Source of the DNA: Microthyrium microscopicum | Lineage: Eukaryota | DNA: 64,000 nucleotides | Direction: 5' to 3' | NCBI GenBank assembly: GCA_010405405.1 | Contig: MU004231.1 | Coordinates: forward strand, 3,032,401-3,096,400 | In this document: positions 27,541 to 39,551 of the stretch, one piece after another | How positions within the stretch are numbered: position 1 is the stretch's first letter | Layout: every line of letters begins with the position of its first letter | Program-made: the position numbers and the translations under genes | Notes under the pieces: model-generated | The model's input: only the letters and a program-made list of their open reading frames with translations | The model's database searches: none | Told to the model about the DNA's origin: nothing

Positions 27541-27705
27541 AGCGTTATGGAATGGTTCACGTGACTAAACGCTTTCCCTGTAATAGCAGTTTTAACACTA
27601 TAATTAGCAGGAAGCGTTACGTTACCAAAGCGTTTCTAGCTCCTAAGCGTTCTAGGTTATAAGCGTTCTGCCAAAATAAGTATTTCTAGCCCCTAAAACG
27701 TTCCT
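27541..27705 (+). repeat. Left subterminal repeat cluster (AAGCGTT-like motif)
   Basis: AAGCGTT at 27612, 27628, 27645 and 27661. Variants at 27541 and ~27697. Inverted copy at ~27568. Confidence 0.75.
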
Positions 27706-30700
27706 AAGCCCTTATTCTTTAGAAATGCTCATTAGCTCTCTTAGGGTAGCTTAGTCACATATTGGCGCGCGTTGCTACCTACTACTACTACTAAAATTAT
27801 TCTAACTAGTATTTATAATATTTACCTACGCTTTACTACTACGCTTTATATTTAGCTACTTCTATAGCTGCTTATAATAAATGCCTTAATTATTATAGAA
27901 TAAGAACCTTAATTCTATAGTATCTATATATAAAGTATATAGCTAATAGCTATCTATATATATACCTTATATACTAATATATATATTATAGTAGTGTTTA
28001 CTCCTATTATTTATTACCTCTTTAATACTATATAGAGTGTCTTCTAATATTATAATCTTTAAGAACCCCTTCCTTTTATCTTTTAGACCTCCTAGTTTTA
28101 TAATTAGTAACTCTAAGGGTTAATTTATTATTACTAAGTATTAGTAAAAAGGTAGTAAGAGATTTATATATATTACTACCTAAAGCTAAGGAATTCTACC
28201 TAAGATCTAATATTCTCCTACGTCTTAACGTACGTTAAGCTTATATTAATTGTTAATAAATTAGAAAAGGAGTAAGAGGACAATTATTAAATAGAGGAAG
28301 AGGATTTTAGGGCTTCCCTCTTAGGGGTTTAGAGAAGTTATAATAAGGATAGTATTAAAGGAGGTAGAAATAGAGGCGCAAGTTATAAATAATAGATATT
28401 AATAAATAGTAGAAGGTTGTTTATAAGACTAGGCTAATTATAAAGATATATTTTTAATATAGTTCTAAAGAGGCGCTGTTAAGATATTAGTTAGTAACTA
28501 AATAAGATTTTATAAGGGTAGTAGAGATTATATTTCTCTATAGCGTTAAGTAATAAGAATATAAGACTAGGAGGATGCGCTTAAGATAGTCTATATATAT
28601 AGACTAATGAAGTTTAAAAGCTTTTAGACTACTATTAGGTAAATAGTAGCCCTTAATAGCATGGTTAGAGTAGATGCTAATAGGATATATTTAGGATATG
28701 TTTAATATACTAAATTACGTTAGTTATATAGTGTAAAGGTATAATAAGGATTAGAGAGTCTTACTTAAACATTTCTAGTACAAATAAAGCATCTATAGGT
28801 AAGTTCTAGCTATTTATAGTTAGTTATAGTTAATTTAAGAGGAGTTAGCACCTTCCTTTAAGTAGTAGAGCTAAGAACTTCCTCTACTAGTAGGTAAGCC
28901 TAGATATTAGTATTAGGGACATATATAGGAGATATGTTAGCAACTTATTATATCGTTTAATATGTCTAGATAGAGTTTTAGCCTATATATAGGACTATTA
29001 GCTAGGAGAGTAACAAATAGTACTACTAAGTAACTATACTATATTTATATTAGTAAGATATATTAAATATTATTTAAAATAAGAGCAAGGTAATATAAGT
29101 AAGCCATTAAGATAAGTTGCTTATAGATATAATAAAGGCATTAAGACAAAATCTATACAAGAGTTAGTATAAGAGCTAGACAAAGCTAACTATTACTAGA
29201 TTCTACAATAAAGAAGATTCTATTACGATTACTATATTAATAGTTAGCTTTTAATATTATTAATAGCAATAGATCTCTATGTCTTTAGGGTAATAACGTC
29301 ATAATATATATAGTACATTACTATACGGCTAGTAGTATAGGCAAGTATATAATAGTAATTTTGAAGTCAAATAACTGCTAAACTATTAGTAATAGCAATA
29401 TAATCTAAAGAAGTAATAAGTAATAGATAGTACAAAACTAGTAGCGAATAGTTATTTAGTAATAGCCTTGTTAGTAAATCCTAATATTAATAGTATCTAG
29501 ATCGTTTATTAGTAAATATTACTAGTTATAGAAAGCAAACATTTAGAGTAGTACTAGATAGCTATAAACTTAAGTTCTAAACTTAAAGATAATTAGTAAA
29601 GGGTAATAAGGATTAAAGAGACTATCTTATAGCTTACTAGTAGCCTTTTAGAATATAACGTTGCTATATAATAGCTTAAATTTAGGATAGAGACGTTAAT
29701 CTATAGGTAGATTTATATATAGGAGCGTTAGCTAGATATACTATAAGAATAGGTAAGAATAACTATTATATTATTTATATAATAAGGCTACTAATAGTAA
29801 TTAGTTTAAACTAAATAAGGCTAGTTAGTATTATATAAAGACTATATTCCTACGTACCTAGTATAATACGTACTTCTTAGTAGTAGCTTAAGTAGAGTTA
29901 TATCTACTAGAAATTAGATAATAACTAGTAGCTTTCTATAGCTTACTAAATTCTTAATTTCTCTACTAGTATTATTTATCTTATATATATAAAGGTTATT
30001 ATATTAGCTATTATATTTAGATATTCTATAGTAATAATTATATACTTACTTAAAGTTAGATAAATACTATCTACTCTAAAATATATATACTAAAACTAGA
30101 ATTTAGCTAAAGAAATAAGTTAAATATAAATAGTAAGGAGAGGGATAATAATAAGGCTAAGTAACACGTACTTCTATTAGTTAGCTTTAGCTTATCTATA
30201 CTATAGTAGTAGTATATATATATATATATTATTTTTAACCTATTAAACACTAACTATAAACGATGCTATACTTATATTATATAGATATAATCTATATAGG
30301 ATATTAGTAGATTCTATAAGTATAGCTATTAACTTGCTATTAGTAATGTTTATTACTATTAGTTAATATTAGAGTAAATAGGCATATAAGGAATCCTATA
30401 ACTTTTAATAGTTAGTTAATAATAAACCTATAGAATTAAAGTATCTTTTAGTACGTAGCGTAGTAGCTAAAGGTAGTAATAAGTAGTATAGGTAGTAATT
30501 ATTACTAAGCGTAATATAATATGTAAACGAGAAATTTAGATTAAAATGAAAAATAGATAGATAATAAAAATAGATAGAAAAGATAAAGAGAGGAAATAGG
30601 ATAAAGTTAAAAGAATTAGCGTAAAAGTATAGTTTGCTATACTTAAAAGTAGAAGATATAATGTAAAATATAGTAGTTAGGACTTTAACTTTATCTTATA

Positions 30701-30999
30701 GCCTACTAAAGTATTAAATATATTTATTTTATTTTATAATAGTTAAGCAAAGATTTAATAATGCAAACATTAATTCTATTATCTAGTAATAGTTAAATAG
30801 GGAGTATAATATATACTAATAGGTAGTAATATATAAAAAGATAACTTTTTAGTATTAAGTCCTACTAAATATAGTAAGACCTAATATTAATAGAATAATA
30901 ATAATATAGTTTCTAGCTAGACGCTAGGCTTAAGAGACTAGACGTTATAATATAGGCGTTAAATAAAAGTAAAATAAGTATATATATAGGCCTATATAT

Positions 31000-33900
31000 A
31001 GCTAAAATCCTAGTTAAAGTATAAATATCTCTTAGTTTTAACGTCTTTAGTTAATAACTCTATACGTCTACCTTTAATCTTAAATAAAAGAATATAGTAA
31101 GTAATTAGAGCAACTTTAGAAAGGCTAATAAGCTCGTACTATAGTTAACCTTATTTATTAAAGACTTAATAAAGAATAGAATAACCTATAATAAGGTCTA
31201 TCTTATTAGAATTATCTAGCTTCTTAACCTAGAGAAAGATATGCTTATAGTTAGTAGAAAACTTATAACGTAAAGTAAGCTAAATAATACTAAACTAAGT
31301 ACTATAATATTATATACTAGCTCCTTATTTATATATTAAATATTTCTTTATCTTTAGATTAGTAAATATAACTAACTTACTCTAGTAAAGATTCTTTAAA
31401 GGTTTAAAATAAGTAGATTACTTATTATAATCTTAGTTATACGCCTTAACTATAATTACTTTAAAGACAATTTAGTATATATCTATAAACTTAGTATAAT
31501 TAGGTAGTTTATAATCCCCTTTAATAACCTCTTACTTTAAATATTATAATACTTTAATTGCATAATAGTTATTATCTATTATAATAGTAATATCTTTAAA
31601 ATCTTCTTCTTCCTTAATAGAATTAAGGTAGGCTTACTACTTAGATTAAGGTAATAGTTACTTAAATAAGATTAGCTTATCTTAATAGAGATCCTATACT
31701 ATCTTAGTAATATTAGGAGCAATATCTTCTATAGTACTATATAATAGTAACTAAAGAGACTATTTCTTAATAGAACGACTAAGAAGATTACGATTAGGGT
31801 TATAATAATTAGTTAAATAGATGCCTATTTTATTATTATAATACTTATATTTACTAATAAAGGTATTAATATTCTTTAGGTTTATAAATTACTTATTAAT
31901 AGTCTCTACATAAAGGCTAATATAGCAATTTAGATAGGTTATATTTTTATAATATTTAGCTACTTTAGTAGAATTAGGCTTAACTATAGGTAAGTCTATA
32001 AGTATAGATAGTTTTATTGTAGCTAAAGTAGGTAGTCCCATAGATCTTAGAGTTATAATACTTATAGTAAAAGCACTAAAAGTAATAGAACTTGCTTAAC
32101 TACCTACTTAACTACTTACTTAACTACTAGTATGGCTATAACTACGCAAGTTAGCTATATACGTATAAGTAGCTACTTTATATAGCTTCTACTAGTACTT
32201 ATAAGCTTTAAGGGTAGTCTTACTAAAGGTTTATTAATTAGCCATAGTTATATAGTTAGCAAAATAGAGCATAACTAATTTAGCTAGTACTAAAAAGATA
32301 TAAGTAAGAATAGCCTCTATTAGCTTATTATTTTCTATTAAATATAATAGATTAATCTAATCTTAAACTAAATCTAAGAACTCTAAGATAATAGTTAACT
32401 AAAAGAACTAGTTTAGATATTTTGCGCGAAGCTATAAATAATATATAGTTAGAAAGATAATAAACTAATAGCTATATTCTTATAGGGTATAGCTTCCTAG
32501 ATAATAAATAGGATTCTAGATATACCCTTATCTAAGAGGAGATAGAAATAATTATAAGGCCTTACTATATATTAGTTTACTAGATTCTAATAATATACTA
32601 TTAAGGAATAATAAATATACTAGATTAATAATCTCGTTAAGCTTAGAATATATAGGGTTAAAGGGCTAAGAGGATATTAAGTCTAGTACTAGGATAAGAT
32701 ATAGAATTATAACTTGTTGTAGTAAAGTAAGCCCTATAGCTATTAAATAAGCCTCTTACGTAGTAGGTCTTAGATACTTTATAAAGTTGTATATCTACTC
32801 TAGCTTATAATAATAGTAGCCCTAGTAAATAATATTAAAACCTAGGTCCCTACGTTCTTAAGTAGTAATATTATAAAAGTAATATACTTTAATACTACTT
32901 ATATACTAAAATCCTAAGTTTTAATATTATTATAATATATCGCCCATAAGGGCATAAATGCTTATATATAATAGGATCTTTTAACTAGGTTTAACTTTAA
33001 TCTCTACGCCCTATTCTAAGATAGCTAGATAGGCTTTAATAGCATTAATAATATTATTAGTCTTACTTCTATAGGGACTAAGAGTAAATAGTAAAACGTT
33101 AGAGATATAGGTACGTTCTTAGCTTATAAGACCTATAATTATAAAGTAGAAGCCTATTATTATATAATGTATATTACAATATAATCTAAAGCTATTAATA
33201 AATAATAGTAGTAGAATAGTAAGGATAAGGATAGTAGAGGAGCAAAACGTCTTCTCTAAGTACTTATAGCTAAAGTATTTAATTTCTAGCTCTGCTTAAG
33301 AGAGTATATATTAAAATAAAGGCTAAAGACTATGCTTTAGATAGTATATTTAATAAATATATAGAAAGCTTATATTAAAGGTTTCTATAGGTAGATTACT
33401 AGGTAGACTCAAAACTTAAGAGCTAAAGTTGTTATTAAGACAGAAGCTCTTATAAGGGGATAATTTAATATTATAATGCTTAGCAAAATTAGAAAGAATA
33501 TAGAGCATATTAGTATTATAAATAAAGTACTCTAGGTAGCTCTTAAGTTTAGACGTACGAGGTTTTTAAATTAATAGTCTATAGATATCTTTAAATATAG
33601 GAATTTGTCCTAATATAGCCTTTAGCTAAGCCTTATTCTTATTAGTATATTGTTTTTATAACTTATTTATACTATTCTTCTAAGTAGTTGCTTAGGTATC
33701 TTAAGTAGAAGAAAGTTAAAAGGTATTTAACTTCTTATTACTATATATTAAGATATAGATAGCGTAAACTACCTTTTTTACCTTTAATACTAGAGTACTT
33801 TTTCTATAGCTATATTTATGAATAGAGTAAAAGTCTTAACTAAAAGTAACTATAAAGCTAGTATAGCTATACTTCTTTAGATCTCTATATATATTATATT

Positions 33901-35000
33901 CCTTAGACTTAGTATATTAATATACTATAATATTACTAAGAAAGATAGTACGCTTTAGTAATAATAAGTCTTTATAGTTAAACTTAGGAATTAAATTAGT
34001 AATCTTAAGGACTTATCTAAAGGCTACGCAAATTAATAAAGCTTATATATTTCTATGCTAGAGCTTACTTAGCTTATTTACAAAATGCGCTATGCCTATA
34101 TATAACTTTATATAGATTTCTACGCTTTTAGTAATTTTAGTAAATATATTAATAGAGTTAATAAAGTATATAAACTTTAGTAAAGGGGCCTAGCGCTTCT
34201 TACCCTTCTAATTTAGGTGCATAGTAGGTAACTATTATAGATTAAGTTTAATCTTTTGTTTATAAAGCTAAATTATAAGAATCTAATGATTAATATAAGC
34301 TTTAAGAGTACCTAAGGTTAATAGTAGAGCTTTAAGCTTAAGAATATTATAGTATTTAAGTATTTCTAAGATAGCATAGATTCTAAGGTAGTTATAACGA
34401 GATAAACTAGCCTCTTTAACCTAAAGACTAAAAGCTAGTTTAAAGAAAGTAATTAGTATAGTAGAAAAGTCCTAATATACTTCTTTAGATATATCGTCCT
34501 TAACTTAGATTTAAGGAAGTATATTAGAATTAGGTTAAGGTAATTCTATCTCTATATTAGACTAAGTAGCATTATTAACTTTATTATTAATATTAGCTAT
34601 TATATTAGCGAATTTATTATTAAGTTCGTTAATAGTAGCTAACTCTTTAATAATATCTTTTTTAAGAGGATTAATATTAGCAATATTTAGACGCTTAAGA
34701 TCTTTTATTATCTCTTTGTCTTTATTTTTAAGTAAGCTTAGAGTAATTATAATTTGCGCTAAATTCTTTAATATAATTAGTAATAATAATTAAGGAGTAT
34801 AAGAAAAGATAAACTATTTTACTAATATTAACTAGTATAGAACCTAAAAGAGGATTAGAAATAGGTATACTAAAGTTATTACTATTATTACTATCCCTAC
34901 TATTATTATAAAATATTAGTACATTACTATTATTATTAATAGAACCTAATCTACTTATAGTAGAAGGATCTTTACCTAGCAAATACTTATAATAATATCT
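31000..35000 (-). pseudogene. RIP-degenerated CMC/Plavaka-like transposase (boundaries approximate)
   Basis: Minus-strand reads: LYIGIAHFVNKLSKL*HRNI*ALLI (~34080), FINSFRLYCN...NVLLFTLSPYRS (~33200-33070), ALMGDIL**Y*NLG (~32945), YLNCYISLY...FISKYKY (~31930-31840). Reverting C>T/G>A changes gives GMAHFVDEPSELWH, FIDGFGLYRN..TLGPHGS, GDMPQQ..NSG and RPN.HIGLH..GE.KH, which I recognise from fungal CMC-type transposases. Confidence 0.72.
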
Positions 35001-37944
35001 ATATGCTATATATAAAGGTAGCTCCTTAATATTAGGAAGGAAGGCCTCCTAACTAAGAGCTTAACGAGATATATTAATAGCCTATTAGTATAAGAACTAA
35101 TAGAGGTTATACTAGAAGGTTAGCAATAAGGCTCTATAGAAATAGCTAATCTAATAATTATATACTAATTAAGTAGATAGCGCGTACATACTTATATAGA
35201 AAGTTGTTATATTTATTGTTCTATTAGAATAGGCAGAGTAGTAGTAGATACTCGTATAAGGATAAAGATATTGTAGAGTATAGACTACAAAGGTTAGAGT
35301 ATAGAGTATAGATAGTAGAAGATAGAAGATAAAAGATAGAGTTATTTTGTAGGCGGTAGTATTAAAGGTGTTTAACCCTATAATTTATACGGACTATCTT
35401 ATAAGGCTTAGCAAACGTAGGCCCTAATCTATAAACTAGCAATTTAAGTTTAAAAAATAAATAATAAACTAATTATATAGTTATATAGATAATTGTTGTA
35501 TTGTTATAATCATAAGATTATTTAGTTTTATTTAATATGCATAAAGTTTAAGTAAAAGAGAATAACAGGGGAGTTTTGTCTTATACTAATAGCCTTATAG
35601 ATTACTAGATAGGAAAGTACGATTAATATTAATTAAATCTTGCGTAACGTCGTAGTTATTAAGAATCTTAAGAAACTTATACGTACAATATATAATTATA
35701 TATATAATAATCTAGATTCGCGTAAGCATACTAATATAAATATATTATTATAAGCTCTATTCCCTCTTTCTTCGTCTTCTCCTCCTAGGTCTTCCCTGCC
35801 TTTATTAAGCGCATTACTAGATAGCAAAATTAGCCTAGATTACTTAGATTTTATTATTAACCTAGTAGCTATATTTAATAGTGCTCCTCTATCGCTACTA
35901 TCTAGTAAATATCTACTAGATACGCGATTATATTTATAAGACTAATTATAATAGTAAATAAAGTAATTAAGCACTTAGAGGAAGTAATAAGCAATATCTT
36001 AGAGTTATAGTAGTTATCTAACATCTAGGCTATAGTTTTCCTAAAGGCTTACAAGTTTAAAGCTTATATAGAGCAAAAGAACTATATTATAATAGAATTA
36101 GAGGATATAATTACTAAGGAGGAAGAGACTTCTTAGGAGGATAAGATAATATTAGACTAGATAAGTTAATTAATAGCATAATATCTAGTAAGTATAATTA
36201 GTTAGTATTATATTATTACTACTAATTAAATTATAATAAGCTTTATCTACTTACCTATAGGCTTCTTCTACTAAACGAGAATTAGAACTATAAATTATTA
36301 TGTAAGTTTATATATTAGTTTACTAAATCTGCTACTTTAGACCCTAGCTATTAATTTTAGTATTACTAATTGCCTAATACTTCGCTAAGTAGCTTTTAAT
36401 TGCGCGTAAATTAAACTATTAGTAGTAGATCTACGAATAGAGATTTAATTGCTAGCTTTAACTATATTATAGTTAATTATACCCTATCTAGTAGATTTAG
36501 CCTCCATAAAGCTACTACTATTAAATATAAGGCAGAGGGATAGTCTACTAGTAATAATAAAATTAGATACTAATTAGGTTGTTAAGAGAGTAAACTCCTA
36601 TAAACCTAAGTACTTAAAACTAACTAACTCCTTTGTAAGTATAATAGCAACTAGCAAGCAATAGATAGACCCTAAAAATTAAACTATGAATTAAACTAAG
36701 ATCTAAACTATAACTTAAACTAATACTATATAGTTTAAGAAGACTATTATATATCTATATACCTCCTTATAGTAGATAGAGTATTAGCTCTATAAAAAGA
36801 AGTATGAGAGAAGAAAGTAGAGTTAGTAGTAATAACTATTATATAGTTATATTAGCTATAATAATAAAATAAAATAAAGTATATAGTTAAAAAAGAAGAT
36901 ATATAAAAAAAGGTCTACGAGATTAAAGGAAAAAGAAGGAGTAAATAAATAAAGTATATAGTAGAGAAAGAAGATATATAAATAAAGGTAGGTGGAATTA
37001 GTAAGGATAAAAATATAGGAACTAACTATTAAGGAATATCTCTATTTTATTATTAATAGACTAGAGATTTAGTCTTTTATTAGACTTTTTCTAGCCTTTA
37101 CTTATAGATATAAGCTACTATAAGTTACTTATTACTAAATTATTAAACGTCTATATATATATATTAGTTATAATTTAAATAATATACGAATAGGTATTAT
37201 AGATATATAGAGTTACTCTAGCTATGCTACTATTATAGGAGTAATAATAACTAGAGTAACTATATAGAGTAAAAGCGTAATATATATATAAACTTATAAG
37301 ATAAGTTAGCCTAGCATACTAATAATTAATTATAGCCTTATTTGCTATATATCTAGCGCCTTTATCTCTAGTAGCTTTAATATATATAGTAGCTTTTAGT
37401 ACTATATTAGTAAATATTGCTATAGTATTTATAAGCTTATAGTTATAATAGTTAGTATAAGTATGCTTACTTTTAAAGAAGCTCTAAGCTAGTGGCTATG
37501 ACTTCTTAATATTAAGATACTTATCTACAAAATACTAAATTTTTAAAAAATTTATAAGAGTATAATCTTTCTATAATTAGGCTATTAGGCCCTTATAAGA
37601 CTCTAGAGAACTTACTAAGAGACTAGGATTTCGCTCTAGGTAGACTTTTATAAATTCCTTATATAGTTAGCTTATAGTTTATAAATCTAAGATATATATA
37701 AGCAAAATTAACGTAGGTAGAATAAGTAATATAAAGAACGTAATAGTAAGTAATAAGCTAGGGTAATCTTAATATAATAACGATATAATAATATGCTACT
37801 AAGATAGGTAGATCTTAGTATAATAATAACGTAATATTAAGAACTAAATGCGAATAGCTAAAGTAAGGCTAATAGTAGAGTAGCTAAGATGTAATTATAA
37901 GTGTAATGCGACTAGACGTGCAATGGATGCAATTCGTAATTAAT

Positions 37945-38139
37945 TAATGGAGTAACGGATAATAGAGTAATAAATAATGAAGTAACGGATAATGAAGTAA
38001 TAAATAATAGAGTAACGAATAATAAAGTAACGAATGATAGAGTAATAAATAATAGAGTAACGAATAATAGAGTAATGAATAAATAAATAGGGTAATGAAT
38101 AAATAAATAGGGTAATAAATAAATAAATAGGGTAATGAA
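37945..38139. repeat. Tandem array: nine 15-bp units followed by three 20-bp units
   Basis: 15-mers of consensus T(A/G)AT(G/A)(G/A)AGTAA(C/T)(G/A)(G/A)A from 37945 to 38079, then TAAATAAATAGGGTAAT(G/A)AA x3. Confidence 0.9.
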
Positions 38140-38773
38140 TAAATAGGATAATAAATAAATAAAATAACGATATAACTTACTTATATATTTTTACAAGTTT
38201 TATTACTAAATATACAAATATTAGTTAACTAGAGATAACTCTCTCTAGTCTTACTAGAATTTTTTAGGCTATATTCTTAAGCTAGCTAAAGCTCTTTAAA
38301 TACCTTATTACAGAATTAGCAACTAGTATATAGTAATATATAAAAGCGCATTACGCATAAAGAAAGAAGAGTCTTCTACGTATAATTATCTATAGAATCC
38401 TTTTATAATATATATAAATACTTTTTCTAGAATCTTACGTAATATAATTTTACTTTAATAAGAATTAGTTAATTAGACTTAGTTAAATTACTAATAGTTC
38501 TAAGACAATGCTTAGTAGTACGCTCTTTATTAAATAATTTTTAAGCTATAGCTCTCTTCTTAACTATAGACTAAACTTATAGGCTAAACTTACGCTTACG
38601 TAACTTAATTTTACGTTCCTATATATTATATTAATATTATTTATTACTAAGTATTTATAATATAGTAATAAGCATATATAACTAGTAGAAAGAATTACGA
38701 TTAATGTAGTATTAAGTACGAGCTATAGATTAAGGTTAGACATTAGAGAAGTAAAGTAGATTAAGAATTAAGT

Positions 38774-38794
38774 AGAGAGAGAGAGAGAGAGAGA
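38774..38794. repeat. (AG)n microsatellite inside the CMC element
   Basis: About 10 consecutive AG units, seen directly. Confidence 0.85.
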
Positions 38795-39224
38795 TTAAAG
38801 CATAGTAGATCAGAATATAGTAAGTTAGAGCAACATTAAGCTAAAAAGTAGATTAAATTAATAATTAAGAAGTACTTATTAAGCTCTAGTTACTTACGTA
38901 AGCTTTTAAAACCTCCTTACTAGGAGGTAGAGGAGGAGGTAGTAGAGGTAGTAGTAGTAGTAGAGGCGCGCCTCTAGCTGCTAGAATAGCAGTAGTAGTA
39001 GTAGCGGCAGTAGTAGCGTTAGCGTCGTCAGCCATAGTAAATACGACTTTTTTATATAAAAAAGATCGCAAAAAAAAGGGCATAAAAAAAGGGCGTAGAA
39101 GAACGTAAAAAAACAACAAATTTAGCAGGTAGACAGAGCTAGAATTAATTTTACGTTTGCTTAAAGTTTAAATATTATCGTAATCTTAGAATCTCTAAGT
39201 CACAAGAGGATTCTACTAAAGCTA

Positions 39225-39455
39225 GATAAACGTTCTCTAGGGCTAAATGCTCTCTCCTATAAACATTTACTAATAAAAAGCGCTAACGTAACATTTTAAT
39301 TAGAAATAAACGCTTAGCTAGTAATAAACGCTTATTTTAACTAAACGTTTAATGTTCTAAGCGTTCTAAAAACGCTTATTAGCTTGAAATATTTATATAC
39401 AAGAGCGCTTATTATGCAAAGCGTTTTACTAGGTTAAACGTACTAGGAACGCTTA
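39225..39455 (-). repeat. Right subterminal repeat cluster (AACGCTT/AAGCGTT)
   Basis: AACGCTT near 39309, 39327, 39371 and 39448. AAGCGTT near 39359 and 39419. Mirrors the left cluster. Confidence 0.75.
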
Positions 39456-39551
39456 TATTGTAATAATAGTTACAGAACGGTTATTAGTCCCTATAGACGG
39501 CCGCTAATGTGCATTGCATCCAGCTCCTACACTTGGCACTAGAGCTAGGTA

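Larger units (their letters stand above)
27502..39509. mobile_element. RIP-inactivated CMC (CACTA/EnSpm-like) DNA transposon, ~12.0 kb, apparently full length
   Basis: Left end reads CATTAGCGGGCGT. Right end reads ACGGCCGCTAATG (reverse complement CATTAGCGGCCGT). TG flanks both ends (27500-27501, 39510-39511). AAGCGTT subterminal repeats at both ends. Internal degenerate transposase. TpA-rich, CpA/TpG-poor composition. Confidence 0.78.

Noticed and set aside
27042..27542. 166-aa ORF
   Set aside because: Lies in the TVP18 promoter and runs across the transposon junction; no motifs.
34728..34982. 84-aa Asn/Ile-rich ORF
   Set aside because: A stop-free fragment of RIP'd element coding sequence (N/S runs derive from D/G codons), not a functional gene.
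37945..38139. Array as CRISPR or telomere repeat
   Set aside because: No unique spacers, eukaryotic context and no TTAGGG tandem.
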